A DNA stretch of 64,000 nucleotides, taken from positions 3,648,001 to 3,712,000 of the forward strand of contig CAVTTN010000002.1 in NCBI GenBank assembly GCA_963737655.1, read 5' to 3'. Within the stretch, counting starts at the first letter, position 1. Every line of letters begins with the position of its first letter. Of this stretch, positions 41,423-51,984 are shown one piece after another. The position numbers were made by a program, and so were the translations under genes. This stretch comes from an uncultured Planctomycetota bacterium. GTDB lineage: Bacteria > Planctomycetota > Planctomycetia > Isosphaerales > Isosphaeraceae. The notes under the pieces are model-generated. The model had not been told where the DNA came from. It searched no databases and saw only the letters and a program-made list of their open reading frames with translations.

Positions 41423-44078
41423 CTAGCCGCCTGTGGCCGCCATGATCTTTTCGAGGGTTCGCTCGCCGGGTTCCTTGGTCCCTTTGCACTTGGGGTAATT
41501 GGCACAGCCGAGGAAGAATCCCCGGCGCCCTCGGCGGACGAGCATGGCGCCTCCGCAGTTGTCGCAAGTCTCTTCCACGACGATCGTTTTGAGGTCCGGG
41601 CCGGCGGGGGCGGCTGGGGCGGGCAGGTCGCCGATCTTGTCCTTCAGGTCGTCGGGAATCGGCGCGGTGCTTCGGCACTTGGGGTAATTCAGGCAGCCGA
41701 GGAAGGCTCCCCGGCGGCCCTGCTTCAGCCCCATCGGCCCTCCGCACTTCTCGCACTTGACGTCCACCTCGACCGGCCGGACCGGCTCCCCCTTGTCGTC
41801 CACCGGCATGGTGTTCCGGCACTTGGGATAGCCCGTGCAGCCGAGGAACGGGCCCCGGGCCCCTTGACGCAACGCCATGGGCTTGCCGCACTTGGGGCAG
41901 GCATGATCGGTCTCGACCACCGAGGGGACCGGGTTGCCCGCCTCGTCGATGTTGAACGTCTGCTTGCAGACCTTGTTGTCGGCGCAGGCGAGGAACGGGC
42001 CTCGTCGGCCTTCCCGCAAGATGAGCGTCTTGCCGCACTTCGGGCATTTGTGCTCGGTTTCGATCGCCTCGGGTCGGGGGCCGCCGTCCTTGGGCCGGGT
42101 CGCCTTGCATTCCGGGTAGGTCGAGCAGGAGAGGAACGGCTCCCCCCGGCTGAACTTCACCACCATCGGCGCGCCGCACTTGTGGCAGACCTCGTCCGAG
42201 GGGATCTGCACCTTCTGCATGTTCTTCTCGGCCGCGCTCAGCGAAGCCTGGAACGGGCCGTAGAACTCGTCGAGGACCTTGACCATGTCCTCCTTCGCCT
42301 GGGCGATGTCGTCGAGCTCGTCCTCCATGTGGGCGGTGAACTTCAGGTCGAGGATCTTGGGAAAATGCTCGACGAGCAGGTCGGTCACGACCATCCCGAG
42401 GTCCGTCGCGTGGAACCGGCGCTCCTTCTGCTCGACGTAGTGGCGATCCTGGATGGTCTGGATGATCGGCGCGTAAGTCGAAGGCCGGCCGATGTTTTCC
42501 TTCTCCAGGGCCTTGATCAGGGTGGCCTCGGTGTACCTCGGAGGCGGCTGGGTGAAGTGCTGGGTCGGGTTCAGCTCGTGGAGGTCGAGCGCCTGGCCCA
42601 CGCTCATCGCCGGCAGGAGCGCGTCTTCCTGCTTCCCGGCCGGGGGGAGGACCCGGCGGTAGCCGTCGAACCGGAGGATCTTGCCCTGGGTCTTGAACAG
42701 GCCCTCGCCGGCCCGGATCTCGACGTTCGTGACCTCGAAGACCGCCGGGGTCATCTGGCTGGCGACGAACCGGCGGAAGATGATCTGGTAAAGCTTGAAC
42801 TGGTCGGGGGTTAGGCGCGTCCGAATCGATTCGGGCGAGAGCGTCAGGTCGGTCGGGCGGATCGCCTCGTGGGCCTCCTGCGCCTGCTTGCCGGCGGCGT
42901 ATTTGTTCGGCTTGGGTGGCAAGTAGCGGTCGCCATAATCCCGGCCGATCAGGTCGCGGACGCCGGTGATGGCATCGTCGGAGACGCGGAGGCTGTCCGT
43001 CCTCATGTAGGTGATCAGGCCCACGGGTCCGTCCCCGCCGACGTCGATCCCCTCGTAGAGTTCCTGGGCGATCTTCATGGTCCTCTTGCCCGAGAACCGG
43101 AGGCGGATCGCCGCTTGCTGCTGGAGCGTGCTGGTCTTGAACGGGGCGTCGGGCTTATCCAGCTTCTCCACGGTCTCCAGGCGACCAACCTGGTAATCGG
43201 AGGAAGCCAGGACGTCTCGGATGGCTCGGGCGGATTCCTCGGTCTTCGCCTCGAACTTCTTGCCCTGCCACTCGGAGAGGCTCGGCCTCGAAGCGGTCGG
43301 CTTCGGCGGTCGAGCCGCCGGGGGCGACCAGGGCGGTGATCCTCCAGTACTCCTCGGAGACGAACGCGCGGATCTCCTTCTCCCGCTCGGCGATCAGGCG
43401 GGTGGCCACGGACTGGACCCGGCCGGCGGAGAGCCCCCGGGCGACCTTGCTCCAGAGCAAGGGGCTGACCTGGTAGCCGACGAATCGGTCGAGGAACCGG
43501 CGGGCCTGCTGGGCGTTGACCTTGTCCATGTCGATCGGGCCGACGTGGTTGAACGCCTCGCGGACCGCCTTTTCGGTGATCTCGAAGAACTTGACGCGGA
43601 GGACCCGCTCATCGGGCAGGCCCAGGGCGTGCTGGAGGTGCCAGGCGATCGCCTCGCCCTCGCGGTCGGGGTCGGTGGCGAGATAGACCATCTCGACCTT
43701 GGCGGCCTCCTTCTTCAGGTCGGCGATCGTGGCCTTCTTGTCCTCGGAGACCACGTAGCGGGGTCGGTAGCCGTGGGCGACGTCGATCCCCAGGTCCTTG
43801 CCCTTGCTGGGGAGGTCGCGGACGTGCCCCATGCTCGCCTTGACGATGAATTTCGAGCCCAGGAACTTGTTGATCGACTTGGCCTTCTTCGGACTCTCGA
43901 CGATCACCAGGGAACGGCCGTTGATGACCGGGGCGGGTCCGTCGGCCACCTTCCGGGCCTTCGGGGCGGCCTTGGCGCCGGCCTTGGCCGCGGCCTTCGG
44001 GGCGGTCTTGCGCCGAGGGGCGGCCTTGGCGTCCCCCTTTTCTTCCGCATCGGACGATTTGGCGGTCTTGCGGGCCAC
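41423..44078 (-). CDS. topA: DNA topoisomerase I with five C-terminal zinc ribbons; frameshift near 43283
   Basis: TOPRIM 'IVESPKK' and '[11 protein letters not shown]', 'SAGRVQS', catalytic 'ITYMRTDS', 'AHEAIRPT', 'GRPSTYA'. Confidence 0.95.
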
Positions 44079-44399
44079 GATGATTCCTGATCCTTATCTC
44101 GCCAGGGGTTCGGTCGACCCTCGGGCGGCTCCTGGTTGCTCTCTCGGGCGTTCCTGGTACACTCCGCCCGGGCCGGACCGTTGCCGGACGGCCGCGCCTT
44201 TCAATAAGCTAGGGTATCCGGCCGTGTCAAGGGGGGCCGACCCGGCCGGTGGGCCCGGGCGACCTCCTCGAACCGTCCGAGTTCTCGACTTACGTCCACC
44301 AAATCGAGAAGGTTCATTCCCGACGGCGAACGATCTTTCCCGGGCCTCCATGCTCGCATCACGTCGCCCGGAGAGGGGCCGCCCCAAGAGGACACAGTC

Positions 44400-46286
44400 A
44401 TGCCGTTCGCCGTGTTTCGCCGTCACCAGCGGAAGTTGCTGGCCATCTTCGCCATCCTCGCCATGTTCGGATTCGTCCTGGCGGACTCGCTGCCCAGCTT
44501 CGTCGGCAAGACCCGGGGCGGGGCCGGCTCCGACCCGGTGCTGGCCCGGCTCTATGGGCGGGACGTCCGCGATTCCGACTTCCAGGGCCTTCGCGAGTCC
44601 CGGATGAGGGCGAACCAGTTCGTCTATCAGATCCCCATCGACGCCAGGAACCCAAACCCGCAATACTTCGGCGGTTACACCTCGGGCGACATGGTCACGG
44701 CCTACATCCTCCAGCATGAGGCCGACCGGCTCCACCTGCCGGTCTCGGCGGACCTCGCCTATCAATGGATCAAGCAGAAGACCGGGGGCATGTATAACGC
44801 GGCGTATCTGGATGGCGTCTATCGCCGGTGCGGGTTCGCCGACAAGGGGATCACCGAGGATCAGGTCCTCCTGGACATCGCCCAGCAGCTCCGGCTCCAG
44901 ACCGTCCTGACCCTGCCGATGGGGGTGCCGCCGTATGCCTCCGAGACCACTCCTCTGGACGTCTACCAGACCTACCGCGACCAGACCGAGAAGGTCTCGG
45001 CCTTCTTCGTCGATTTCCCGGTCGAGAACTACTTCGACAAGGTGGGCGAGCCGACCGAGGCCGAGGTCCGGGAACTCTTCGAGGCATCCCGGAGCGCCAT
45101 CCCCGACCCCGACCGGCCGACGCCGGGGTTCATGATCCCCCGGAAGGTGAAGTTCGAGGCCGTCAGCGCCGACGTCCTCGCCGTGGCCGCCACGATCCGC
45201 CCCAAGCTGATGGCCAAGGACCAGGAGAAGGAGCTTCGCGAGATCTACGAGGCCCGCCGGGCCGAGTTCCCCGCCCCTCCCGGCGAGCTGCCGCTCTCCC
45301 TGTTCGCCAACGCCCCGGACCTCACCCCGTACGACGCCTTCCCCGACGTCAAGCCCCGCCTGGTGGAGGTGATCTCCGAGGAACGGGCCCGGGAGGAGAT
45401 CAATGCGAAGTTCGAGGACATCAAATCCAACGTCATGAGCACGTTCGAGAACGAATACTACACGAAGGCCGACGAGATGAAGGACTCGGGCAAGTCGGCC
45501 GACCTGCCTTCGCCCGGCGACCTCCTGAAGAAGGCTGCCGCCAAGGCCGGTGTGACCTACGAATCCTATCCGCCGGTCTCGCGGTCCGACGTCGAGACCC
45601 TGGGCGCGATCGCCCGGAGCCGGCTGGGGACCACCCCCCTGGCCGCTTCGCTGTCGTTCCCCGAGATCGCGTTCAACCCGAGGACGGGGCTGTATATCTC
45701 CCAGGAATTGACCGACCCGTCCGACGTCCGGTTCCTGGCCTGGAAGGTCGCCGACACCCCGGCCCGGACGCCGGACCTCGACAGCGTGAGGACCCAGGTC
45801 GTCCGCGCCTGGAAGGTGGCCAAGGCCCGCCCCCTGGCCGAGGCCGACGCCAAGGCGTTCGCCGACAAGGTGTCCAAGGCGGGCGGCGGCGACAAGATCA
45901 AGGCGGTTGCGGGGGACCGGACCGTTCAATCCACCGAACCCCGCTCCAAGTTCGGCGGGGCGATGCCGATGGAAGTCGCCGAAATCCCCCACGCCGGCGA
46001 GGAACTGCATGACGCGATCTTCGCGCTCGATCCCAAGAGCGCCACCGTCGCCCACAACGCACCCGAGACGCACTTCTACGTCTTGAGCCTCCGCGACCGC
46101 GAGCCGACGAAGATCGACCAGCTCTACTCCTTCGGCCTGGCGAACTACATGCTCGGAGAGGTCGGCACCGTGACCGCCCGCAAGCGGTTCCGCACCTGGA
46201 TCACCACCCTCCAGCAACGAGCCGGCCTCCCTCCCGACTGGACCCCGCCGAAAGAAGGGAAGGCCGAGGCCGACGACCTCGAATGA
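44400..46286 (+). CDS. Membrane-anchored periplasmic protein, PpiD/SurA-N-like chaperone candidate
   Basis: N-terminus 'FRRHQRKLLAIFAILAMFGFV', 'PTEAEVRELFE' and 'PRKVKFEAV' resemble the PpiD layout. This is inference. Confidence 0.55.
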   Translation: MPFAVFRRHQRKLLAIFAILAMFGFVLADSLPSFVGKTRGGAGSDPVLARLYGRDVRDSDFQGLRESRMRANQFVYQIPIDARNPNPQYFGGYTSGDMVTAYILQHEADRLHLPVSADLAYQWIKQKTGGMYNAAYLDGVYRRCGFADKGITEDQVLLDIAQQLRLQTVLTLPMGVPPYASETTPLDVYQTYRDQTEKVSAFFVDFPVENYFDKVGEPTEAEVRELFEASRSAIPDPDRPTPGFMIPRKVKFEAVSADVLAVAATIRPKLMAKDQEKELREIYEARRAEFPAPPGELPLSLFANAPDLTPYDAFPDVKPRLVEVISEERAREEINAKFEDIKSNVMSTFENEYYTKADEMKDSGKSADLPSPGDLLKKAAAKAGVTYESYPPVSRSDVETLGAIARSRLGTTPLAASLSFPEIAFNPRTGLYISQELTDPSDVRFLAWKVADTPARTPDLDSVRTQVVRAWKVAKARPLAEADAKAFADKVSKAGGGDKIKAVAGDRTVQSTEPRSKFGGAMPMEVAEIPHAGEELHDAIFALDPKSATVAHNAPETHFYVLSLRDREPTKIDQLYSFGLANYMLGEVGTVTARKRFRTWITTLQQRAGLPPDWTPPKEGKAEADDLE

Positions 46287-46309
46287 GCACCAGTTTGCCT
46301 GAACACCGT

Positions 46310-46349
46310 TCGTAGGGCCCGCCTCGGCAGGCCGAGGCGGGCCCTACGA
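46310..46349. repeat. Perfect 19-bp inverted repeat with GTAG/CTAC ends (REP-like; possible bidirectional terminator)
   Basis: tcgtagggcccgcctcggc-ag-gccgaggcgggccctacga, between convergent genes. Confidence 0.85.
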
Positions 46350-46351
46350 CG

Positions 46352-47686
46352 TCAAAATGGCCGGATTCCCGGGCTGGACCCGAAATGGATGTGGGCATAG
46401 CCCGCGACGAGCCCGCCGATGCCGATCGCATCGGGCCGCGGCTCGCCCCCCGGGCCGTGCAACGTGGTCGCCCGGGGCAACGGGCCCAGGGGTTCCAGTC
46501 TGGAGTAGTGGAACTCGTGCCCTCGCCATTCCGTCCCAACCGGGCCGAGCAGGCACGACCGCTCGACCCGGCTGGTTACATAGGAAAGTCGGACAAAACG
46601 TTCCTGCATGAGCGTCCGAGCCGGCAAGAGGTCCCACATCGGGAATTCCCGGCCGCGAACGTCCACGAGCGACCGGGCACACGCCATCAATCCGCCGCAT
46701 TCCGCGTAGATTGCCCCCCCGTCGCGATGGAACCGGCGGATCGCCTCGCGCATCAACCCATTCGACGCGATCCGATCGGCATGGAGTTCGGGATAGCCGC
46801 CCCCGAGATACAGGGCCGTGACTCCGGGCGGCAATTCGCGATCGTCCAGCGGGGAAAACTCGACGAGCTCAGCCCCCGAGTCGCGCAGAATCTCCAGATT
46901 ATCTTCATAATAGAAGCAGAACGCCCGATCGCGAGCGACCCCGATCCGCCCTCGCCTTTCAAAGGGGGCGGGTTCGGTCGTTTCGGCAAGCTGAGGGGGA
47001 CGGGCGAGGTCCAGGATGCGGTCGAGGTCGATCGTCGCCTCGGCGGCGTCGGCCAGGGCCTCCACCCATCGGGGGTTCGGCTCGCGATCCTCGGGAGGCA
47101 CCAGACCGAGGTGCCGCGAGGGGACGGTCAGCCGCGAATCCCTCTCCAGGAACCCGACCGACGGAGCATCTCCGGCCGAGGCGAGGGCCGGGGCGAGATA
47201 GTCGTCATGATGGCGACGGCTGCCGACCCGGTTCGCGACCACGCCTGCAATCGTCACCCGAGGATCGAACCGGGCGAACCCCCGGACCAGCGCCGCGATC
47301 GAGCGGGCCATCCCTCGGGCCTCGACCACGAGGACGACGGGCAAGTCGAGGATCTGGGCAATCTCGGCGGTCGATCCGGCCGGATCCGTCCCGCCTCGAC
47401 CATCAAACAGCCCCATCACCCCTTCGATCACGGCGAAATCCGCCCCCGAGGCGCCGAGGCGGAACGTCCGGGACAGGGCCTCGGTCGAGAGCATCCATGA
47501 ATCCAGATTTCGACCGGGTCGATCCGTGATGGTTCGATGCTGCATCGGGTCGAGGAAGTCGGGGCCGACCTTGAAGCCCTGGACCGTCCGCCCTCGCCGT
47601 CGCAGGGCCGCCATCAGGGCGAGGCTCACGGTCGTCTTGCCCGACCCGGAATGCGTGCCGGCCACGATCACCGAGGGGATGGTCAT
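46352..47686 (-). CDS. cobB: Cobyrinate a,c-diamide synthase
   Basis: 'SGSGKTT', 'FKVGPDFLD', 'EGVMGLFDG', 'LGGGYPE', 'YAECGG', 'GHEFHYS'. Confidence 0.93.
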   Translation of the reverse strand: MTIPSVIVAGTHSGSGKTTVSLALMAALRRRGRTVQGFKVGPDFLDPMQHRTITDRPGRNLDSWMLSTEALSRTFRLGASGADFAVIEGVMGLFDGRGGTDPAGSTAEIAQILDLPVVLVVEARGMARSIAALVRGFARFDPRVTIAGVVANRVGSRRHHDDYLAPALASAGDAPSVGFLERDSRLTVPSRHLGLVPPEDREPNPRWVEALADAAEATIDLDRILDLARPPQLAETTEPAPFERRGRIGVARDRAFCFYYEDNLEILRDSGAELVEFSPLDDRELPPGVTALYLGGGYPELHADRIASNGLMREAIRRFHRDGGAIYAECGGLMACARSLVDVRGREFPMWDLLPARTLMQERFVRLSYVTSRVERSCLLGPVGTEWRGHEFHYSRLEPLGPLPRATTLHGPGGEPRPDAIGIGGLVAGYAHIHFGSSPGIRPF

Positions 47687-47811
47687 GAGATTGAGAGACT
47701 CAAGGAATGGGAAATCTGCGGAATCTGCGTCATGGGTGATCGCCGAATGCCCTTGTTTCTACTTCGAATGCACAATAATTAGATCAATCCAATAGATGCA
47801 TTTCATGCACC

Positions 47812-48618
47812 CTACGGGGAGGGAATCTGCGAAGCCTCTTCTCGGGCCTTGCGGAAGTGGTGGGAATAGGTCTTGTCATAAAGATGGCTTTCTCGGGGAG
47901 CGACGTCTCCGAGCATGGGGCCGATGAGGATCAGGGCCGTCATCGTGATTTCGGCCTCGGCCATCCGGCGTTCGACCTCGTCCAGGGTGCAGCGAAGGAA
48001 CGTTTCGTCGGGCCAGGAAACGCGGTGGGCGACGACCACGGGGGCTTCGGGGCCGTAGTGGGGCATCAGGGCCTCGACGACCTCGGGCATCTGCGCGGCC
48101 GAGAGGAAAAGGCAGAGTCCGGCCCGATGGGCGGCCAGATCCGCCAGGTTCTCGTTGGCGGGCAGGCCCGTCCGGCCGGAGGCTCGCGAGAGGATCACGG
48201 TCTGGTTCACCCCGGCGGGCGTCAGCTCGATCTTCAGGGCGGCGGCGGCGGCCTGGAAGGCGCTCACGCCCGGGACGATCTCGGACTCGATCCCGAGTTC
48301 GTCGAGCCGACGGATCTGCTCGGAGATCGCGCCGTACAGGCTCGGATCGCCCGAGTGAACCCTGGCCACGTCCTCGCCCCGCGAGGTGGCCTCGTCGAGG
48401 AACGCGATGATGGAATCCAGGTCCATGCTGGCCGAGTTGCGGACCGTCGCCCCGGGCGGGGCGAAGGCGACGACGGCCCTCGGGACCAGGCTCCCGGCGA
48501 ACAGGCAGGCCGGGCATCGTTCGATCAGGGAGCGGCCCCGGACCGTGATGAGGTCCGGGTCTCCGGGACCGGCGCCGATGAAGAATACCTTGCCTCGGCG
48601 CCTCTGAAGATCGGTCAT
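47812..48618 (-). CDS. cobM: Precorrin-4 C11-methyltransferase
   Basis: 'FIGAGPGDPDLIT', 'RVHSGDPSLYGAI.EQ', 'VPGVS', 'SWPDE', 'SHLYD'. Confidence 0.92.
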   Translation of the reverse strand: MTDLQRRRGKVFFIGAGPGDPDLITVRGRSLIERCPACLFAGSLVPRAVVAFAPPGATVRNSASMDLDSIIAFLDEATSRGEDVARVHSGDPSLYGAISEQIRRLDELGIESEIVPGVSAFQAAAAALKIELTPAGVNQTVILSRASGRTGLPANENLADLAAHRAGLCLFLSAAQMPEVVEALMPHYGPEAPVVVAHRVSWPDETFLRCTLDEVERRMAEAEITMTALILIGPMLGDVAPRESHLYDKTYSHHFRKAREEASQIPSP

Positions 48619-48642
48619 GTCGGGGTCTCGGGAAGATCGGGC

Positions 48643-49158
48643 TCAAAGCAAGGTCTTGGCCAGGAGGATCATGGCGCCCCAGGCGATCGGCCAGGTCACC
48701 AGGACGGCCACGGCGGTGGCGTGGGTCCAGGCCGGGCCGGGTCGATCCGCTCGAGCGTCGGCCTTCGGCGAGAAGGCCCGGAGCAGGACCGCCCCGACGA
48801 TCGGGAAGACGCCGAACAGCGGGTTGACCGGCAGGGGGGACGGCACGACGAGGACCGCCATCCCCAGCCAGTAGCCGCCGATCAGGATCCAGGCCGTCTC
48901 GGCCCAGGTGAACCGGGACGCCCCGGGCCGGGCGGGGTCCGAGGGCCGCGACCGCCGATCGATCAGGAGGACGAGAGGGCCGCCCATCGCCAGGCCGAGC
49001 CAGAGATAGAGGATGCCCAGGACGACCCCGGAGCCTGTCGAGGGCAGGCCGCCCGCCGGCCAGAAGGCGCGGAGGAGGCCGGCCGCCAGCGCATACGCCA
49101 CGACCAGGCCGGCGACTTCCAGGAGGCGGATGCCTCGTCTCGGTCCGGGGGATTCCAT
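48643..49158 (-). CDS. Multi-pass membrane protein, unknown function
   Basis: About five hydrophobic helices; start taken at 'MESPGPRR'. Confidence 0.6.
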   Translation of the reverse strand: MESPGPRRGIRLLEVAGLVVAYALAAGLLRAFWPAGGLPSTGSGVVLGILYLWLGLAMGGPLVLLIDRRSRPSDPARPGASRFTWAETAWILIGGYWLGMAVLVVPSPLPVNPLFGVFPIVGAVLLRAFSPKADARADRPGPAWTHATAVAVLVTWPIAWGAMILLAKTLL

Positions 49159-49190
49159 AAGAGTTCGCTCGTCGATCCTGGGACGTCCGG

Positions 49191-49730
49191 TCATCGGCTG
49201 ACGAGCATCGACTCCGAGTCGAGCACGATCAGGAGGAATCCCACCTGCAAGGGCCACGCGAAGGCGACGGCCAGGCCCACTCGATCGGTCCAGGGCCGGG
49301 GAGAGTCGCCCCGAGCCGAGGCCGGCCCGATCACCCAGGCCCTCCAGAGCGCCGCGAGGACCGCCAGGCAGGCCCCTCCGACTCCCAGCATCAACGGGAA
49401 GGAGTACAGATCGATCCGTCCCGGGCCTCTGCTGAGTGGCGACATGATCACCCAGGGCACGCCGAGGACCGCCCAGAGGCGATCGCCGAGCCGGGGATAG
49501 CCGGGCGCCCTCCGGCCGAGGTAGCGGCGGGCGAGGTAGACGAACGTGCCGGTCGTCGTGACCGCGATCCCCGAAAAGGTGAACCAGACCAGGGCCCAGC
49601 CCGCCCCGACGGCGATCTCGACCGGCGTGCGGAGATGGACCGAGGCGACGGCCGCCGCGACGATCACGGCGATGCCGTCTCGGATCGAGAAGCCATCGGC
49701 CCGGGGGTTTCGGGGTGTCCGGGGTTCCAA
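49191..49730 (-). CDS. Multi-pass membrane protein, apparent paralog of the adjacent gene; start uncertain
   Basis: The 3' part of ORF 49191..51386 encodes about five TM helices with a motif layout like 48643..49158. Confidence 0.55.
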   Translation of the reverse strand: MEPRTPRNPRADGFSIRDGIAVIVAAAVASVHLRTPVEIAVGAGWALVWFTFSGIAVTTTGTFVYLARRYLGRRAPGYPRLGDRLWAVLGVPWVIMSPLSRGPGRIDLYSFPLMLGVGGACLAVLAALWRAWVIGPASARGDSPRPWTDRVGLAVAFAWPLQVGFLLIVLDSESMLVSR

Positions 49731-49937
49731 GCGGTCGTCTCTTCGGGCCGGTCTGGGGGACGTTGGCCTCGGCTCGACTTGTCCTCGGCCGGGTGGCGCC
49801 TCTATAATAGGCGACTGCCGGGCGGCGGTCATTCCCCCTCCTCGACCCGATCCCCCCCGGCGACGGCGGGCCCGCCCCGTCCGACCCCTCGGGCCCGGGA
49901 ATGCCCGCGTCCCCGCCGAGGAGAGGAACCGTCCGCC

Positions 49938-51434
49938 ATGTCGTTGCCGAAAGTGGTGATCGTCGGCCGCCCCAACGTCGGCAAGTCGTCTCTGTTGAAC
50001 TGGCTGGCCGGGCGGCGGATCGCCATCGTCGATGACGTCTCGGGAGTCACCCGAGACCGCCTCGGCACGCTCGTGGCCGACGGCGACGGCCCCGACGCCA
50101 CGTTCTTCGAGCTGATCGACACCGGCGGGATCGGCATGGTCGATCGCGACGACCTCTCCGATCATGTGGATAAACAGATCCAGGCCGCGCTGGACGAGGC
50201 GGACCTCATCCTCTTCGCCGTCGATTGCCGGGACGGCCGGATGCCCCTGGATGAAGAGGTGGCCTCGCGGCTCCGCTACGTCGACAAGCCCGTGATCCTC
50301 GTGATCAACAAGGCCGACGACCCCTCGCTCGACGCCCAGGGCGAGGACTTCTACAAGCTCGGCCGCGGCAAGCCGATCTACGTCTCCACGCATCAAAACC
50401 GCCACAAACAAGCCCTTCTGGACCTGATCGCCGAGAAGCTGCCCAGGGCCCCCGAGGGGAAGCCGGCCGAGGAGGCGATGAAGGTCGCCGTCGTCGGACG
50501 GCCGAACACCGGGAAATCCACCTTCATCAACACCCTGGCCCGAGCCGAGAGGATGATCGTCTCGGAGGTGGCCGGCACGACCCGGGATTCGGTGGACGTC
50601 CAGTTCGAGCTCGACGGCCTGCCGTTCGTCGCCATCGACACCGCCGGGGTCCGCCGCAAGGCGAAGATCCGCGACGACCTGGACTTCTACTCCGTCCATC
50701 GCGCCGAGCGGTCGATCCGCCGGGCCGACGTGGTGTTCCTGTTCCTCGACCCGACCGAGGGGATCGCCCGGCTGGACAAGCAGCTCGCCGACTACGTCGC
50801 CAAGCACTACAAGCCGGTGGTGTTCGTGGTGAACAAGTGGGACCTGATCGCCGCGAACCCGGACGCCCCCTCGACGGAGATGATGGGCAAGTTCGCCCAC
50901 AGCGTCCAGCACGCGTTCCGGACCATGCCGTATGCCCCGCTGGCGTTCATCACGGCGAAGACGGGCAAGAACGTGAAGGCGCTCCTGAATCTCGGGCAGG
51001 CGATGTTCAAGCAGGCGAGCCGCCGGGTCGGCACGGGCTCGCTGAACAAGGTGCTCCGCGAGGCGGTGGAGGCCCACCCGCCGGCCATCCGCGAGAATCG
51101 CGCGCCCAAGGTCTACTACGCCACCCAGGTCGGCACCGCCCCGCCGACGATCGTCCTGTTCGTGAACAAGCCCTCGCTGTTCGAGGCCCCGTATCAGCGC
51201 TACCTGCTGAACGTCTTCCGCCAGAAGCTGCCGTTCAAGGACGTGCCGATCAAGCTCTACCTGCGGGCCCGGACCCAGTCCGACCCGAACGCGCCGGCCT
51301 CCTCGGACCACTCGGCCGACTCGGGCCCGACGATGGGGACGCGTCGCGGCTATGCCGACACCGGCCTGAAAGAGATCCTCGACCACGAGCTCGACCAGGA
51401 AGTCAACGAACTGCTCTCGGAGATCGACGAGTAG
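49938..51434 (+). CDS. der: Ribosome biogenesis GTPase Der/EngA
   Basis: Two GTPase domains (GRPNVGKS...DTGG...NKAD and GRPNTGKS...DTAG...NKWD) plus a KH-like C-terminus. Confidence 0.95.
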   Translation: MSLPKVVIVGRPNVGKSSLLNWLAGRRIAIVDDVSGVTRDRLGTLVADGDGPDATFFELIDTGGIGMVDRDDLSDHVDKQIQAALDEADLILFAVDCRDGRMPLDEEVASRLRYVDKPVILVINKADDPSLDAQGEDFYKLGRGKPIYVSTHQNRHKQALLDLIAEKLPRAPEGKPAEEAMKVAVVGRPNTGKSTFINTLARAERMIVSEVAGTTRDSVDVQFELDGLPFVAIDTAGVRRKAKIRDDLDFYSVHRAERSIRRADVVFLFLDPTEGIARLDKQLADYVAKHYKPVVFVVNKWDLIAANPDAPSTEMMGKFAHSVQHAFRTMPYAPLAFITAKTGKNVKALLNLGQAMFKQASRRVGTGSLNKVLREAVEAHPPAIRENRAPKVYYATQVGTAPPTIVLFVNKPSLFEAPYQRYLLNVFRQKLPFKDVPIKLYLRARTQSDPNAPASSDHSADSGPTMGTRRGYADTGLKEILDHELDQEVNELLSEIDE

Positions 51435-51865
51435 CCCAAGCCGTCAGGGCCCGGGGTCGTCGGCCTCGGCGGGCCCGAGGGCTTGCGGCCCAGGGCGATG
51501 GCGTAGGCCGTGGCGTAGGTCCGGCAGTGGGAGATCGAGACGAGGACGTCGCCGATCCCCCGCCCCACGGCCACGTCCTTCGCCCCCCCTCGGACGAGCA
51601 CCAGCGGCTGGCCGGCGGGGTCGTTGCGGACCTCCAGATCGGTCCAGGCCACGCCTCGGCTCCAGCCCGAGCCCAGCGCCTTGAGGATCGCCTCCTTCGC
51701 CGCCCATCGGCCGGCGAAATGCTCGATCGCATGCTTGCGGGCCTGGCAATAGTGGATTTCCCGCTCGGTGTAGACCCGGCGCAGGAACAGCTCGCCGTGC
51801 TGTTCGATCATCTTGCCGATCCGAGGGCACTCGACGATGTCGGTGCCGATCCCCACGATCTCCAT
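51350..51865 (-). CDS. acpS: Holo-ACP synthase; 3' end uncertain because the ORF overlaps der
   Basis: 'IGTDIVE', 'AGRWAAKEA', 'VSISH'. Confidence 0.9.
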   Translation of the reverse strand: MEIVGIGTDIVECPRIGKMIEQHGELFLRRVYTEREIHYCQARKHAIEHFAGRWAAKEAILKALGSGWSRGVAWTDLEVRNDPAGQPLVLVRGGAKDVAVGRGIGDVLVSISHCRTYATAYAIALGRKPSGPPRPTTPGPDGLGYSSISESSSLTSWSSSWSRISFRPVSA

Positions 51866-51984
51866 GACGGCCTTTCCCCGGAACCTCGCGTCCCGAAAAC
51901 CAGTGTAACGGGCGATCCGGGTCGTCGGCTATACTTGCGTGCGCCCGACCCCGACCCCCTTGATTCGAACGGAGTCGATCCGCG

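Noticed and set aside
51350..51434. 85-bp antisense overlap of acpS with der as a regulatory feature
   Set aside because: The AcpS fold ends near 51490 and a stop exists at 51444 in another frame, so another indel is a plausible cause.
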